A stretch of DNA of 64,000 nucleotides from Dendrobates tinctorius (lineage: Eukaryota). The DNA lies in NCBI RefSeq assembly GCF_039654945.1, contig NW_027361708.1:5270001-5334000 (forward strand), read 5' to 3'. The position numbers and the translations under genes were made by a program. The notes below the pieces were generated by a model. The model made no database searches. It was not told where the DNA came from and was given only the letters and a program-made list of their open reading frames with translations. Numbering within the stretch: the first letter of the stretch is position 1; the number at the start of each line of letters is the position of its first letter. Positions 63,801 through 64,000 of this stretch are shown here, piece after piece.

Positions 63801-64000
63801 GTAAAATGGGGTCAGTTATGGGGAATTCTGCTGTTCTGGCACCTCAGGTTTTCTGCTAATGTAATATGGCACCCTCAAATCAGTCCAGCAAAATGTGAAC
63901 TCTAATATGGCGCTTCTTTCTTTCTGAGCTTTGCACTGTGCCTCAAAAGTATTTTTTGACCACATATGGGGTATCTGCTTACCTCAGGAGAAATTGCACA
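60815..64000. mobile_element. Older piggyBac-type non-autonomous element with nested MITEs
   Basis: Shares family motifs (gtcagctgattctgacagctgag, gtgtgacagcagccaaa, aaaatggggtca) with 2451-4349; runs off the window. Confidence 0.5.
61238..61980. mobile_element. Tc1/mariner-type MITE with ~29-bp internal repeats
   Basis: catatatactcgagtataag...ctcgagtacatacag|TA ends; atccctatcctggtatgc repeats at 61350-61520. Confidence 0.6.

Overview
Eukaryotic, transposon-saturated DNA. The repeat repertoire (L2/CR1 LINEs, Tc1, TTAA-targeting piggyBac-type and Kolobok/T2-type MITEs, Harbinger-type hairpin MITEs) suggests an anuran amphibian; this is inference. No intact host protein-coding exon is evident. 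The centrepiece is a 14-kb AcademX DNA transposon (11219-25286) with TAG...CTA termini, a 3-bp ATA TSD and ~1.28-kb TIRs. It encodes a disrupted ~1490-aa protein (DDE transposase + XPG/FEN1-like nuclease + Cys8 finger). Most of each TIR is a piggyBac-type MITE sitting mirror-symmetrically in both arms. Nested inside are a complete non-autonomous LTR retroelement with a Tf1/sushi-style self-priming signature, a related solo LTR that splits the transposase ORF, and an intact DD34E Tc1 element. Elsewhere there are two L2 copies, a head-to-tail Helitron dimer, Penelope-type remnants with hammerhead-like motifs and a probable CpG-rich promoter/first exon near 37.8 kb. Five tandem arrays are present (41, 57/59, 42, 29 and 12 bp), including a 1.9-kb (TTAGGG-CTTGGG)n telomere-like tract expanded inside a MITE.
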